IMG/VR virus record: IMGVR_UViG_3300036856_000021
Coordinates: 1 to 35,699 of that record
Source: a virus
Lineage: Duplodnaviria; Caudoviricetes
Reading direction: 5' to 3' (one strand)
DNA: 35,699 nucleotides
In this document: positions 23,156 to 34,164 of the stretch, piece after piece
Layout: the number at the start of each line of letters is the position of its first letter
How positions within the stretch are numbered: position 1 is the stretch's first letter
Notes under the pieces: model-generated
The model's input: only the letters and a program-made list of their open reading frames with translations
The model's database searches: none
Told to the model about the DNA's origin: nothing
Position numbers and translations under genes: made by a program

Positions 23156-26100
23156 CATCACCCACCGGCGGCGGTGAGTCGAGAGAACTCGGTGCCGTCC
23201 ACGTCAGTATCATCCCGTCGCTGGCAGGTTCCCCCGCCGCGATCACGGAGGCTGGCCGCAAGGCAGCGGCGGCATACCGGGGCGGTTTCGAGTCTGAGGC
23301 CACCCGCGGCGACATGGGCGCTATGCCGTTCAAGGGCTCCGGCTGGGCTCGCTCAGCGGAGACCACGGGCCGGGAGGCCGCCACCAGCTACCGCCGTGGC
23401 TGGGAGCAGGGCGCCGCCACCATTCGCTCACCCTTCGAACAGAAGTCGTCCGAGTGGACTGCACGGATGAGCGGCATGGGCCGCGAGAACGCCCAGGGCT
23501 GGGTGAAAGGTGCCCAGGAGGCCATCTCGAGGTTTGAGCCCCATTGGGAGCAGAAGTCGGCGCAATGGTCGTCCCAATTGGGCTTTATGGGCGTCCGCAA
23601 CGCCGGTGCCTGGGTCCAGGCGGCGCAGGACACGATTGCCCGGTCGTTCAATCCGCGCTTTGAGGAGATCGGGGCACGCCTACAGACACAGATGCGCGGC
23701 ATGGGCATCCGCAGTGGCGTGGCGTGGAACGAAGGATTGCTCTCTGAGTTCAGCAAATCGGAGGAAAACGTCCGCGAGACCATGAGCCGGATAGTCCGCA
23801 ATGCGGAGCAGGCGGCCCAGCGGTTGCGCAATGTCCAGGCGCAGGCGAGCGCGCCATGGACTGCCGGGCGGGGTCGCTTTTCCAGCGACCAGCGCATGGG
23901 CTTTGACGAAGACATGTTCAAGCGGCTGGAGTCGGACACCGGCCCGGCGTTTGCGGACGGCTGGAAGCGCATCGGCAAGATGAGCTCCGACAACTACATC
24001 GAGAGCCTGAGCACTGGGATGCGGACCGGGATGTCGGGTCAGGCAACCAGGATCATGGGAGAACTCATCCCTGGCTTCCGTCGCATTGCGCCCGCTTTGG
24101 GCCTTGAGGGCTTCAATCAGGCCGCGGCCTACCGCAAGTCCTTCGCTGAGGAGATGGCCAAGGTCGGCCCACAGGGGATCGTCATGCTGGACAACGTCTG
24201 GAAGGGGGTTGCGCAGAAGCAGGCGTCATTCACTGCAGACGCCGCGCAGATGGGCAAGTTCGCCACCGCAGGCGCGCTCGTCGCGGGTGCGGAAATACTC
24301 AAGTCGAACATCAAGAACATTCAGACTTTCGCCAACGAGTCGATAAAAGAATGGGGCAACGTCGGCAAGCAGGGCGCTGAGGCGCTGGCCAAAGGATTCA
24401 CCGACGTCCTCGACGGCAAGCAACCCGACTTCATGGCGGCATTCAACGTCTTAGAGGGCGCGGGGAAAGCCATCCTCGACACCACCATCGGTGCGGTGGA
24501 GACGGGCTTTGCCAACACGCTGGGACACATCCCCATCGTGGGCGATGCCGTCAAAATGGGCATCAACCAGCTGAAAGAGTCCATGGGCGGGGCCTTTGAG
24601 GTTTTTGATGAGTTCAAGAACCTGGGTGGCCAGGTTATCGACACCGAGCTGAAAATCGGTGACGCCTACCTAGAGGCAAGCCGCAAAATCGCCGGTACGT
24701 CGTTGCCCATTGAGCAGGTCCAGGGCCTCACCGGTGCCCTGCGCGACATTATGGCCAGTGGTGCCATCGTCCACTTCGGCGATGTGGCTGATGCCATTGG
24801 ACGACTCAACACCAACATCCAGGGCATGAGCATGACTCAGCTCAAGGAATTGACGACCAGCATGGCTGAGGCCGAGGAGCTGGTCGGCCACATCGACGCT
24901 ACCAAGTTCGCCGGAATCCTGAACGCCTGGGGCATCGAGGCCGGCGAGGCTGATGAGACGTTGACCAAGCTGGTCAACACCGCGCGCGCCACCGGTATCG
25001 AGTTCAACGAGATGGTAGGCGAGATGACGCGCTCTGGTCCCGCCATGCGCGCACTGGGGTACAACGCGGAGCAGACGGGCCAGTTCTTCGCCACCATGGC
25101 GCAACAGGGTGAACGCGGCACCCGGTTGATCTTCGGTATGAACGACGTGGTCAAGAAGCTGAACGACCTGGTGGAGAAGGGGAGCTTCAAGTCTGTTCAG
25201 CAGGGCTGGGAGACCCTTGTCGCGGGGGTGCAGAAATACGTCGCCGCCGGTAATGAGGTGGATGCGCGCGGACTGCTGGAAAAGATCATGCCGCCCAGCA
25301 GCGCGACGCTGATGCTCGAGGCGATGAAGAACCACATGATCGACATTGGTACCGCGATGAAGGACCTTCCAGGCATTGCGGAGAAGCTGTCGGAGGGGGT
25401 GGAGAAGACCAAGAGCCTGGGCGACGCCTGGGAGGTGGTGGGTCAGCAGATCAAGGGGGCCATCGAACCCATCGGCATGACGATGGCCAGAGGTCTCCTC
25501 ACGGCGGGCTCAGGCGTCACGGAATGGCTGAAAGAGAATCAAGGCAAGATCGCCGAGTGGGCGGCCGATGTCACCACCATGTTCCTGCACTATGCGAGTG
25601 AGGCGGCCAAGTTCTTCATGGGCCTGCTGGCGGGTTTTGCGCCCGTCTTGGAGCTCATTAAGGACACGGTGGCGCTGACCGTCAACGGCATCATCGGCGT
25701 CCTCAAGCCGTTGGCGATGATCGGTAGCCTGCTGCCGGGCAGTATGGGCCAAGGCTTCAGGGACGTCAAAGCGGGCATGGACACCATGACGCAGGGCGTC
25801 TCCAAGGCGTTCAACGTCGACCTCCCCGCTGCCATCGACGTGGCCAACAGCAAGCTCCATCAATTGACCGACGACGTCATTCCTAAGCTCAACACGCACC
25901 TGCACGAGACCGCCGACACGTTCAACCGAGTCCAGCAGGTCGCCAACGCCTTCCATGTCGACATCGGCGGCAAGATGACCGATAGCCTGCAGGCATTTGG
26001 TGAGGACCCGAACAACCCGGGCAACCCACTCATGCGTCTGATGGGCGACCCGACCAACTGGGCACTGGTCACGTCGCGCCTGCAGGCGCTCGGCATCCAG

Positions 26101-29100
26101 ATCAAGACCAACAGCGCCGGGGTCATCACGTCCATCACCGCCGCTAACGACCAGGCGAAAGCCCTGTGGGACAAGTTCTTTGAGGACCAGGTCAAGAACC
26201 CGCGTGAGTCCAAGCTGAAGATCAAAGGTGAGGATGACTCGGGCAATGAAGTCAAGGACACCGGCGACCTCGTCAAGCCGGGTGAGCAGTCGCTGACCAT
26301 CAAGCCCGGCATGGACTCCAGCGGCAACCTGATGCCTGCACCCACCGGTGCGTGGAGTCCGACTGCCAACCTGGGCGTTCCAGGCGCCATCCCGGGCGCA
26401 AACTACGGCGGCGCAAGCTACGGCGGTGCACCGGGAGTGCGAGGACCCAGTGGTCCGATGCCTGCCGCGCCGACGAGCGGTGACCGCGCGTCGACTGCGG
26501 CATATATCTACCAGGCCGCGACCGCACGTGGATATTCACCTGACGATGCCACGGCCATCGTTGCCTACGCCATCGGGGAAAGTAGCCTCAATCCCGGCAT
26601 TTCCGGTGGTCCGCAGGGGGGCGGCGGAGACGCGAATACGGTCATTGGCCTGTTCCAGGAGAAGCCTGGATTCGCCCAATCCGGCGGCGTCGACCCGTCC
26701 CAGCGCAGCACTGTCGCGGGGAACGTCGAAGCGTACCTCAATCACCTAGAAGCGAATCGAAATCTCCCACTGCAAGGGTTTGGCGTCGGCCATGGCGGAC
26801 TGGCTACGACATCAATCGGCGGCCCTTTGGCCGAAGCAGCGCCTCAGAACTGGGCAAACCTCATGTCCCAGGCGCGCACCATTTTGGCATCAGCGCCGAC
26901 GCTACCCACCGCCGCGGGAGTTCCCACCCCGCCGGGGTTCACGCCAGTACCACCCCCACCCGGCCCTGTCGCGGCTCCTGCTGTCGTTCCCCCTGCCACG
27001 GCGGGGGTGCCCTACGTTGCGCCCGTCCCGAGTGCGCTACCACCGGGCACCAGTCCCGGCACCTATCCGAGCCCGGCAGCCCCGGCGGCGCCTCCAGCTC
27101 CCGCTCCTGTCCCTGCGCCTGCGGCAGTGACCACACAGCCCGCCGCCATTCCCAAGGGCGGCTACAAGCCCTACGGCGTCGATGATTACGACCTGCACGA
27201 CATTGACGACAAGTCGGGGTCGAAGTGGGTCCCGGGCACCGGCTATGTCCGTGGTGATGGAACCGTGGTGACGCCACGGAGTCAGAGTGGACATGAAGGA
27301 TCCGGTGCTGCCCCAGGGCCAAGCCAAGGGGCTACCCACCCGGGTATGCCTGAACCACCGAAATTCAGCTGGACGGAAAACCAGGGCTGGAAGCACTTCA
27401 AAGACCCCAGTGGTCGTGACTTCTGGGTGCCGCCCAACGCACAGAACGCCCCCGACATGCCTGCGGACGGCAATGTGGCAGGCATCAAATCCGGTGCCAG
27501 CGGCTACTGGACGATGGTCACGGGTAAGGACGGTACCTCGGCCTACGTCTGGTGGAACGGTGCGCCGGTTACCAGTGGGTCAGGCTCAGCACCCCCTCAG
27601 CCCGCCTTCTCCACCCCGTCAGCGCCCGGCGGCGCAGCACCCGGTGCGGCTGCACCGCCCAAGGGAGAGCCGCCTAAGCCCAACGATGCGGGCGAGTACG
27701 ACGCGGAGGCGTTTTACCAGTACTACGGCACGAATGCGCCACCGCTCCCACCCGGCGCAACCGCGTGGGAGAACAAGGGCGACAAGGTCAAGCCGTACTT
27801 CGCCGCGCCACCGCCCGGTAGCCCTGTGCAGTCGACACCTCCTCCACCACCGCCCCCACCGGCACCGTCGTTTGGTCCACACACCGGCCCGGAGACCCGT
27901 CCTGGCCGGAAGCTGACCGACCGTGAGTCAATGCCGCCGGAGATGGTCGCTGAGCTGGAACGCCAGGGCCTGTTTGATGCCAACGGGAATATCGACGAGA
28001 GCAAAGTCCACCCGGGCATGGCAGCCCCGGGCTCAGTCTCGAACCCCAAGACAGTGCGCCCGCCCGACCATGTGCTCAATCAGCCAGACCCGTCTCGGCT
28101 ATGGTGGCACGGCGGCACCAAACCACCACCCCCACCGCCTAGTGCGCCTAGCGAGCCCAACGCACCGTACGTCAACCCCACCCAGAGCCAGAAATGGTGG
28201 AACGACCCGAACCAGCCGGGGTGGAGTAAGGGCCTCAACTTCCCCAAGGTGTGGGATACCATGCGCGAGAACTGGCCTTTCCATTTCGCGTTGGGTGGGG
28301 CTGTCCCGGGCTACGACCAGGGCGGCAACGTCCACTCCCCGCAATTCACCGATGAGGGGGACGACTACTACAAGTCGGCCTATGGCATCTACGGCCAGTT
28401 CGCCAAGCCGTCCTCGAGTAACTACCAGACGGCACTGTCGCCCACCCAGGAGCTGGAATTCCGCCAGTGGGTCAGGGCCAATAAAGTCCCGTTCAACCCC
28501 GATGCCAAGACGGTTGACTACGACATGCGGGGGTTCTGGCTGACCTCTGGGCATGGCTCCCAGTGGTCGGGTCACGACTTCCCCGATTCCTTCAAGACGC
28601 CGTATGACACGACGTTCTCCAATGAGTCGATCTACGCCAAACAGGGCACGCCGTTCGGCTGGCAGGGTAATCAGCTCAAGGACAGCCGTAGCGGGAAGCT
28701 GATGTTCGACCGGGATATGACGCCCGGTCTTCAGACCGGTGGAGATGTCCCATGGCTCCCCGGTAGCTACCACGGCGCGGACAGCGTGCTGGCCAAGCTG
28801 GCGCCGGATGAGCACATTGTCACCGCCGATGAAGTTAAGGGCGCCGGCGGCCATGGGGCCGTCAGGCGGTGGCGTAACGCGATGAAGCAAGGCCTCCTGC
28901 GGTCGGCTAAGGGACTGCTCCCTGGTGGGCCAGCAGGCGATGGTGGTGGTGATCCTGGTGTCATCCCGCTGAAGACGGATGGCGCGCAGGTTGACACCAT
29001 CGCCATCGCGGAGGCCGTTGCCAAGACGTTCGGCATCACCGACATCGGCATGTACCGGGGTCAGGATTTCGCCAACGAGCACTCCTCAGGTGAAGCCGCC

Positions 29101-31083
29101 GACATCATGGTGGGCACCGACAACCCCATCGGTTACAGCGTCAAGGACTATGCACTGGCCAATGCTGCCGCCTATGGCGTCCAGTACTGCATCTGGCAAA
29201 ACAAGCTCTGGTACGCCAATGGTCACACCGAGGACTACGGCGCTAACTGGAGTGATGAGACCAACGCGCACCGTAACCACGTCCACATCCGCACTGATGG
29301 TGGCGGATTTCCCCCTGGCGGCGGCGCGGGCGCTGAGTTCCACATGCCGTCTTCTGGTGCAACGTCTAGCACGCCTGCACCTGGTGCCGCATGGTTGGGT
29401 GGCGGCGGCGGCATCCCCCAGGTGGCGCAATTCACCGGCGCAACGGTGGGTGGTGGTCCCGGGGGAAGTGGCGCTACCGGCCTGGGCTATGGCACTGGTG
29501 GTGGCGGTGGCGGACGCGGCCAGGCGGCTCCTCCGCCACCGGGCGGCTTCGCCCAGGGTCTTGGCCCGGGTGGGTTCCTGTGGCCCGGCTACAACCCGTG
29601 GACCAACCCGCCTCCTGGCCTGGACCAGGACTCCATGCGTGAATATGCCCGCAAGTACATGTCGGCGCAGGAAAAGGTCATCACCACCTCGAATGAGTAT
29701 GTCGACTCACAGCGCAAACTCACCGACTTGAATGCACAGCAGGCGCCACTTCTCGCCCAGTACAACGCCTTGCTGACCAAGATTCAACAGGAAGGTCCAC
29801 AGCAAGCTGCACTGGGTGATGAGTCAGACCGCGAGAAGCTCTATGAGAAATTACAGAGCATCGCCAATCAAATTGACTCCGAGAAGCAAACCTCATGGCG
29901 GGCTCAGGCAAGCCAAAACATCTCTGGCGAGACCGGCCCGCCTGAGGTACCCAAAGCCAAGGGCGCTGGCGAGAAGAGCGACAAGGACGCCGAGTCGCTG
30001 GGCTCCGGCCTGGTCAAAGGCATCTTCCAGGAGTTGGGCTTCCCTGATGTGTTTGGGAAGTCGCCCAACCAGTGGGGCATTACCAAGCTGTTCTCCGGTA
30101 TCGCGCAATACGCCATGGGCCTCTTTGGCGGTGGAGGAGGGGGCGGCGGCGGTGGTGGTGGAATGCTCGGCGGTGGTCTCGGAGGAGGCGCGCTAGGCGG
30201 CGGCGGCGGTGGCCTGGGTGGGATCATGTCCGGCATCATGCCCGCGCTGGGTCTACCCAAGCCGGAACTAGCGCCGGGCATGGTGCCGGGACCAGGGGCC
30301 GACTTCCCTGGCCAAATGGCGCCGGGTGTGCCCCTGCCGCCGGGAATGTTCCCCGCGTCAGAAGAACCGGGTGCTGCCAATAAGCCCGGCAAGCTCCCCA
30401 GTCAGAGGGGTGGCGACGGGAAGCTGTACACCGCCGCGCCGTCACATCCGTCGTCGGGTGGAAACACACCGGAGCGTAAGAAGAAGCAGGAAGCCGCCGG
30501 TGACTACCTGCCTGATTCCGCCACCATTCAACGAGCTGTCCCGGGCGGTTTGGTGCAGTGGGCAGAGCCCACCACGGGTGGTGAGGCTTTCATTCCACTG
30601 CGGGGTGGCCAGCGGTCGCTCGATATCTGGCGCCAGACGGGTCAGAAACTGGGCGTTTTTGACGACGGCGGCTTCATGGGTGGCGACCAGATGAAGAAGT
30701 TTGCCGCAAGCGCCGGTGATATGGGCGGGGAAATCCTCAACGCCATCGGTAAGCAGGCCTCCCAGGCACTGCAGGCGGCCCACCCGGGCCTGACAGTCGG
30801 TATGCCGGGTACGCCGCGCCAGGGTGTGAGTGCCAAGGCGACGCACGGCCTGGAGGGTGTGGACATCCACGGGATGCCGACCGGCCCCAAGGACGTGGCG
30901 CACGCGATGACGCCCGCCCGCCCACCCCAGCCACCGCCGCCACAGCAGGGCGGGAGCGGACAGCTGAACGTCACGTATGACCAGCGCGGCTCCTGGCAGC
31001 CCACACCGGCAATGAAGCAGGACGTGATTGACCTGTCTCACACCACGTCTCACTCCGTCACGATGGCCCCGGTGATTAACTGA
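23152..31083 (+). CDS. Tape measure protein with lysozyme-like, peptidase-like and unknown cargo domains
   Basis: 2643 aa following the chaperones. Helical Ala/Gly-rich first ~1000 aa; AIGESSLNP...GLFQ; EHSSGEAADI...HRNHVHI; TMP motifs DSVLAKLAPDEHIV and WAEPTTGGEAFIPL. Confidence 0.93.
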   Translation: MTSPTGGGESRELGAVHVSIIPSLAGSPAAITEAGRKAAAAYRGGFESEATRGDMGAMPFKGSGWARSAETTGREAATSYRRGWEQGAATIRSPFEQKSSEWTARMSGMGRENAQGWVKGAQEAISRFEPHWEQKSAQWSSQLGFMGVRNAGAWVQAAQDTIARSFNPRFEEIGARLQTQMRGMGIRSGVAWNEGLLSEFSKSEENVRETMSRIVRNAEQAAQRLRNVQAQASAPWTAGRGRFSSDQRMGFDEDMFKRLESDTGPAFADGWKRIGKMSSDNYIESLSTGMRTGMSGQATRIMGELIPGFRRIAPALGLEGFNQAAAYRKSFAEEMAKVGPQGIVMLDNVWKGVAQKQASFTADAAQMGKFATAGALVAGAEILKSNIKNIQTFANESIKEWGNVGKQGAEALAKGFTDVLDGKQPDFMAAFNVLEGAGKAILDTTIGAVETGFANTLGHIPIVGDAVKMGINQLKESMGGAFEVFDEFKNLGGQVIDTELKIGDAYLEASRKIAGTSLPIEQVQGLTGALRDIMASGAIVHFGDVADAIGRLNTNIQGMSMTQLKELTTSMAEAEELVGHIDATKFAGILNAWGIEAGEADETLTKLVNTARATGIEFNEMVGEMTRSGPAMRALGYNAEQTGQFFATMAQQGERGTRLIFGMNDVVKKLNDLVEKGSFKSVQQGWETLVAGVQKYVAAGNEVDARGLLEKIMPPSSATLMLEAMKNHMIDIGTAMKDLPGIAEKLSEGVEKTKSLGDAWEVVGQQIKGAIEPIGMTMARGLLTAGSGVTEWLKENQGKIAEWAADVTTMFLHYASEAAKFFMGLLAGFAPVLELIKDTVALTVNGIIGVLKPLAMIGSLLPGSMGQGFRDVKAGMDTMTQGVSKAFNVDLPAAIDVANSKLHQLTDDVIPKLNTHLHETADTFNRVQQVANAFHVDIGGKMTDSLQAFGEDPNNPGNPLMRLMGDPTNWALVTSRLQALGIQIKTNSAGVITSITAANDQAKALWDKFFEDQVKNPRESKLKIKGEDDSGNEVKDTGDLVKPGEQSLTIKPGMDSSGNLMPAPTGAWSPTANLGVPGAIPGANYGGASYGGAPGVRGPSGPMPAAPTSGDRASTAAYIYQAATARGYSPDDATAIVAYAIGESSLNPGISGGPQGGGGDANTVIGLFQEKPGFAQSGGVDPSQRSTVAGNVEAYLNHLEANRNLPLQGFGVGHGGLATTSIGGPLAEAAPQNWANLMSQARTILASAPTLPTAAGVPTPPGFTPVPPPPGPVAAPAVVPPATAGVPYVAPVPSALPPGTSPGTYPSPAAPAAPPAPAPVPAPAAVTTQPAAIPKGGYKPYGVDDYDLHDIDDKSGSKWVPGTGYVRGDGTVVTPRSQSGHEGSGAAPGPSQGATHPGMPEPPKFSWTENQGWKHFKDPSGRDFWVPPNAQNAPDMPADGNVAGIKSGASGYWTMVTGKDGTSAYVWWNGAPVTSGSGSAPPQPAFSTPSAPGGAAPGAAAPPKGEPPKPNDAGEYDAEAFYQYYGTNAPPLPPGATAWENKGDKVKPYFAAPPPGSPVQSTPPPPPPPPAPSFGPHTGPETRPGRKLTDRESMPPEMVAELERQGLFDANGNIDESKVHPGMAAPGSVSNPKTVRPPDHVLNQPDPSRLWWHGGTKPPPPPPSAPSEPNAPYVNPTQSQKWWNDPNQPGWSKGLNFPKVWDTMRENWPFHFALGGAVPGYDQGGNVHSPQFTDEGDDYYKSAYGIYGQFAKPSSSNYQTALSPTQELEFRQWVRANKVPFNPDAKTVDYDMRGFWLTSGHGSQWSGHDFPDSFKTPYDTTFSNESIYAKQGTPFGWQGNQLKDSRSGKLMFDRDMTPGLQTGGDVPWLPGSYHGADSVLAKLAPDEHIVTADEVKGAGGHGAVRRWRNAMKQGLLRSAKGLLPGGPAGDGGGDPGVIPLKTDGAQVDTIAIAEAVAKTFGITDIGMYRGQDFANEHSSGEAADIMVGTDNPIGYSVKDYALANAAAYGVQYCIWQNKLWYANGHTEDYGANWSDETNAHRNHVHIRTDGGGFPPGGGAGAEFHMPSSGATSSTPAPGAAWLGGGGGIPQVAQFTGATVGGGPGGSGATGLGYGTGGGGGGRGQAAPPPPGGFAQGLGPGGFLWPGYNPWTNPPPGLDQDSMREYARKYMSAQEKVITTSNEYVDSQRKLTDLNAQQAPLLAQYNALLTKIQQEGPQQAALGDESDREKLYEKLQSIANQIDSEKQTSWRAQASQNISGETGPPEVPKAKGAGEKSDKDAESLGSGLVKGIFQELGFPDVFGKSPNQWGITKLFSGIAQYAMGLFGGGGGGGGGGGGMLGGGLGGGALGGGGGGLGGIMSGIMPALGLPKPELAPGMVPGPGADFPGQMAPGVPLPPGMFPASEEPGAANKPGKLPSQRGGDGKLYTAAPSHPSSGGNTPERKKKQEAAGDYLPDSATIQRAVPGGLVQWAEPTTGGEAFIPLRGGQRSLDIWRQTGQKLGVFDDGGFMGGDQMKKFAASAGDMGGEILNAIGKQASQALQAAHPGLTVGMPGTPRQGVSAKATHGLEGVDIHGMPTGPKDVAHAMTPARPPQPPPPQQGGSGQLNVTYDQRGSWQPTPAMKQDVIDLSHTTSHSVTMAPVIN

Positions 31084-32186
31084 TGACGCTCGCTGGAGAC
31101 TTCACCCTGCCCCCGGGGAGCACCGCGACGGCGATGGGCCGCCCGCCCTTTGTCGACCAGGCATTGCCGTTCGACCAACTTCCGCCCCAGCTTCAGGGCC
31201 TGAACACGCGGGTCGTCTACCTAGACCCGAACTACAACCTCTTTAACCTCGCTGGCCCTAACGCGGGCGCTGAAGGATGCCGGCTGTGCACGCAGTTGTA
31301 CGGCGACCAGCAGTGGCCCTATGAGCAGGTGCTGACAAACTCCCCGTACATCATGGGCGCCGACATCAACCGGCAGAATATCCCTGAGCGCAAATTCAAC
31401 TTCGGCATCATCATCGGTAGCCACAGCCCGCCGATGAACGAGTATCAATACCGGATGTCTGAGGCGCGCTGGTGGGCAGGCCAAGATGAAGCCAATGACG
31501 GCTGGCTGGGTATCTACACCCGCTTCTCCGGCTGGCGCTGGATTCCGGTGCGTCCTGATGAGACGGTCAAGACGCCGCAGAAGATGGACAGCACGGCGTA
31601 CGGGAACAACGCCTCTCGCTGGGACATCACCTGGGTCGCCACCCGTCCGTACTTCACCAAGCCCGCCCTGTACCTGGCGTGGTCGGCCAAGACGGCGCGT
31701 TCACCCAAGCCGTATGCCACCTCTCTGCTGGGAAAGCTGGTCGATGAACTCATTGGCGACGTGTACTACCAGGGGACGATTCCCATCGTCAACCGGGGCG
31801 ACCTCCCCTCCTACGTGCAGTACCTGGTGTCCTCTCCCGGCCAAGCCATCGTGCAGGACAACGACAGTGACCGGCTGGTCCCCCTCCCGCAGACGGTCGC
31901 CTCAGTCGGGACGTACCTGTGCGACACCGAGCCGAGTATGCGGACGATGACAGCGGCCAACGACCCAACCGACAACCTCGCCACCGACCTCATCCGTCAG
32001 AGTGTGATCCTGAGTGCGCTGTTGTCGGGTGTCTTGACGGAGTCTGAGCCGTTGCAACTTGCCTTCACGAACAAGTTCATCTACACCATCCCGCCGCAAA
32101 CCTCCATATCACTGACCGTCATGCATTCGGAGTCCAGCGGCTCTATCACCGCCATCGTCCCGCAGAGATTCAAGCGCTCGAGATAG
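31083..32186 (+). CDS. Minor tail protein (distal-tail-like)
   Basis: First gene after the TMP. FNLAGP.AG.EG...GWLG.YTRFSGWRW..VR is a mycobacteriophage-like pattern. Confidence 0.85.
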   Translation: MTLAGDFTLPPGSTATAMGRPPFVDQALPFDQLPPQLQGLNTRVVYLDPNYNLFNLAGPNAGAEGCRLCTQLYGDQQWPYEQVLTNSPYIMGADINRQNIPERKFNFGIIIGSHSPPMNEYQYRMSEARWWAGQDEANDGWLGIYTRFSGWRWIPVRPDETVKTPQKMDSTAYGNNASRWDITWVATRPYFTKPALYLAWSAKTARSPKPYATSLLGKLVDELIGDVYYQGTIPIVNRGDLPSYVQYLVSSPGQAIVQDNDSDRLVPLPQTVASVGTYLCDTEPSMRTMTAANDPTDNLATDLIRQSVILSALLSGVLTESEPLQLAFTNKFIYTIPPQTSISLTVMHSESSGSITAIVPQRFKRSR

Positions 32187-32193
32187 GTAGAAC

Positions 32194-34164
32194 ATGAGCC
32201 AACTCCTTGAAGACCTGGGCCTCGAGCTGGGCGCCGCACCCAATGGCGCGACGCCCGACCTGGCGTTCCAGCGCGTCCTGGGCGGTCTTACCGGCGGCGC
32301 GCTGACACTGCCGGGAGAGTACGGCATCCCTGACCCGGTTGCGGAGCCCGCGCAATGCCAGACGTACCTGGATGCCCAGCGCCAGGTGCTCCAAGCGGCA
32401 CGCAAGATGCGCCCGACCATCCGCATCACGGACGGCAACCTGGACGCCATGTGCTTCTTGACGGGGGAAATCTCTGCCTCAGTCGAAGAGCTGATGGATG
32501 ACACCGGCAAGTGCACCATCACGATCCTGTATGACAACTGGCTTGAAGACTGGATGATCAACCAGACGATGGTCACCGAGGACCTCAACCTCCTCATCGA
32601 CCCCATCCCGACCCAGCCAGACTGGCGCACCCGGTGGGGCGGCAAGATCACCGAGATTCACATCAAGAAGGACGAAAAGGGCGCACACACCATTGAGTTG
32701 ACGGCGCTGCATTTCCGCGAGCACGCCAAGCGCCTCCTGGTCGCGGCCAACCCGATCTTCCCGCCCGAGATTCAGCTGCCGCGCATGTGGATCATGCTGG
32801 GGCCGGTGCGCACCATGTGTGCCGTCACGTCGCTCATCAACCTGGCGCGTATCTTCGTTCCCGGCCTGTCTACCTGGGACAACATTCTCAACCCGGCGGG
32901 CTGGCTCAACCCGCTCAATGCCGGCGCGATTGCCAACGTCATCCCGACCGAATGGCCGATCCAGGTGGCGTTCGTCGACACCGCGCTGGACCAGTCCCGT
33001 TGGTCTTCCATCGGCGCGACGTGGACGGATTGGCACAACAGCTACAAGGACATCATGACGGACGCGGGTGTGGTGATGAAGGCATACACCTACCTGACCA
33101 CCGACCCCGACAGTCCGAACACCGAGCTGGTCGACCTGTTGACCGCGGTGCCCGATTTGGTGGGCGGGTTGCTCGGCGTCAACCTGTCGGGCCTCAACGC
33201 CGACCTGGCCAAGCTAGCGGCGCCCCTGCGCAACTGCGTCGTCTTCTCGTTCGAAAACAAGAGCGGTGTCACCGGCCCGACCGGCTCCGTGGCGGACGGC
33301 CTGCTCGACACCGTGGCCATCACGCTGGACGACCTCATCACGCCCATCGCCATCGACCTGTCCACCGGCAACACCTACGACCCGGGTGCAGTCCTGAACG
33401 GCGAACCGGTGGAGGATGCCTCCGGTATCGGTCAGACGCAGTTGATCGAACAGTTGCTGGACGTGGCGCCAGCGCCACCGTCTGTCATCTGGTGGGATGG
33501 CATGTGGAACGGGGTGATCAACACCGACCTGCTGTGGCACAAGGGGTCACCCAAGACGATCATGACGGGGTCGAAATCCCCGGTGATTGTGAACGAAGCC
33601 CAGACGTTTGCCATCCGCTATGCGTTGTCGGAGTTGTCGAGCGTCATTTCCGACCAGATCGGCCAGACGTACCAGACTCCAGGTGCACCAGGCCTCGATA
33701 ATCTTTACCAAGGGCAACTAGATAACGTTCTATTCGCGTGGGAGCGGTTTACCGACCCCATCCGTGCTTTCTTCAACGGTGATGTCTCATGGCAGGAGCA
33801 CTTCGAAAAGGGAAGTGGTACCGCCTACACGCTGGCGTCCATCATCACGTTGCGCGACGGCGACTGGAAGACCCGCGCGTTCGCCGCGTTCAAGGCCACG
33901 CCCCAGGACGGCTACCCGTGGATCTATGACTACGATTACTACCTCGGTGACCGGGTGGGTTTTGAGCAAGACGGCGTGATCTACGTCGACAACGTCTACG
34001 GCGCTAAACGTGAGTGGGACTGGAAATCGCCACTCAAGGTCACCATCAAGATCGGTGAGGACAAGATGAAGTCCGACCCGTTCGGCGCGGCCTTTAAGAC
34101 CATGGCCAACATTTACGCCTTCGTCAGTGAACTGGCGGGAGAGGGAACGCTGTTCGATGGTTAA
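32194..34164 (+). CDS. Minor tail protein (baseplate-hub-like)
   Basis: Second gene after the TMP, with RWGGKI, ANPIFPPEIQLPR and DYYLGDRVGFE. Confidence 0.85.
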   Translation: MSQLLEDLGLELGAAPNGATPDLAFQRVLGGLTGGALTLPGEYGIPDPVAEPAQCQTYLDAQRQVLQAARKMRPTIRITDGNLDAMCFLTGEISASVEELMDDTGKCTITILYDNWLEDWMINQTMVTEDLNLLIDPIPTQPDWRTRWGGKITEIHIKKDEKGAHTIELTALHFREHAKRLLVAANPIFPPEIQLPRMWIMLGPVRTMCAVTSLINLARIFVPGLSTWDNILNPAGWLNPLNAGAIANVIPTEWPIQVAFVDTALDQSRWSSIGATWTDWHNSYKDIMTDAGVVMKAYTYLTTDPDSPNTELVDLLTAVPDLVGGLLGVNLSGLNADLAKLAAPLRNCVVFSFENKSGVTGPTGSVADGLLDTVAITLDDLITPIAIDLSTGNTYDPGAVLNGEPVEDASGIGQTQLIEQLLDVAPAPPSVIWWDGMWNGVINTDLLWHKGSPKTIMTGSKSPVIVNEAQTFAIRYALSELSSVISDQIGQTYQTPGAPGLDNLYQGQLDNVLFAWERFTDPIRAFFNGDVSWQEHFEKGSGTAYTLASIITLRDGDWKTRAFAAFKATPQDGYPWIYDYDYYLGDRVGFEQDGVIYVDNVYGAKREWDWKSPLKVTIKIGEDKMKSDPFGAAFKTMANIYAFVSELAGEGTLFDG

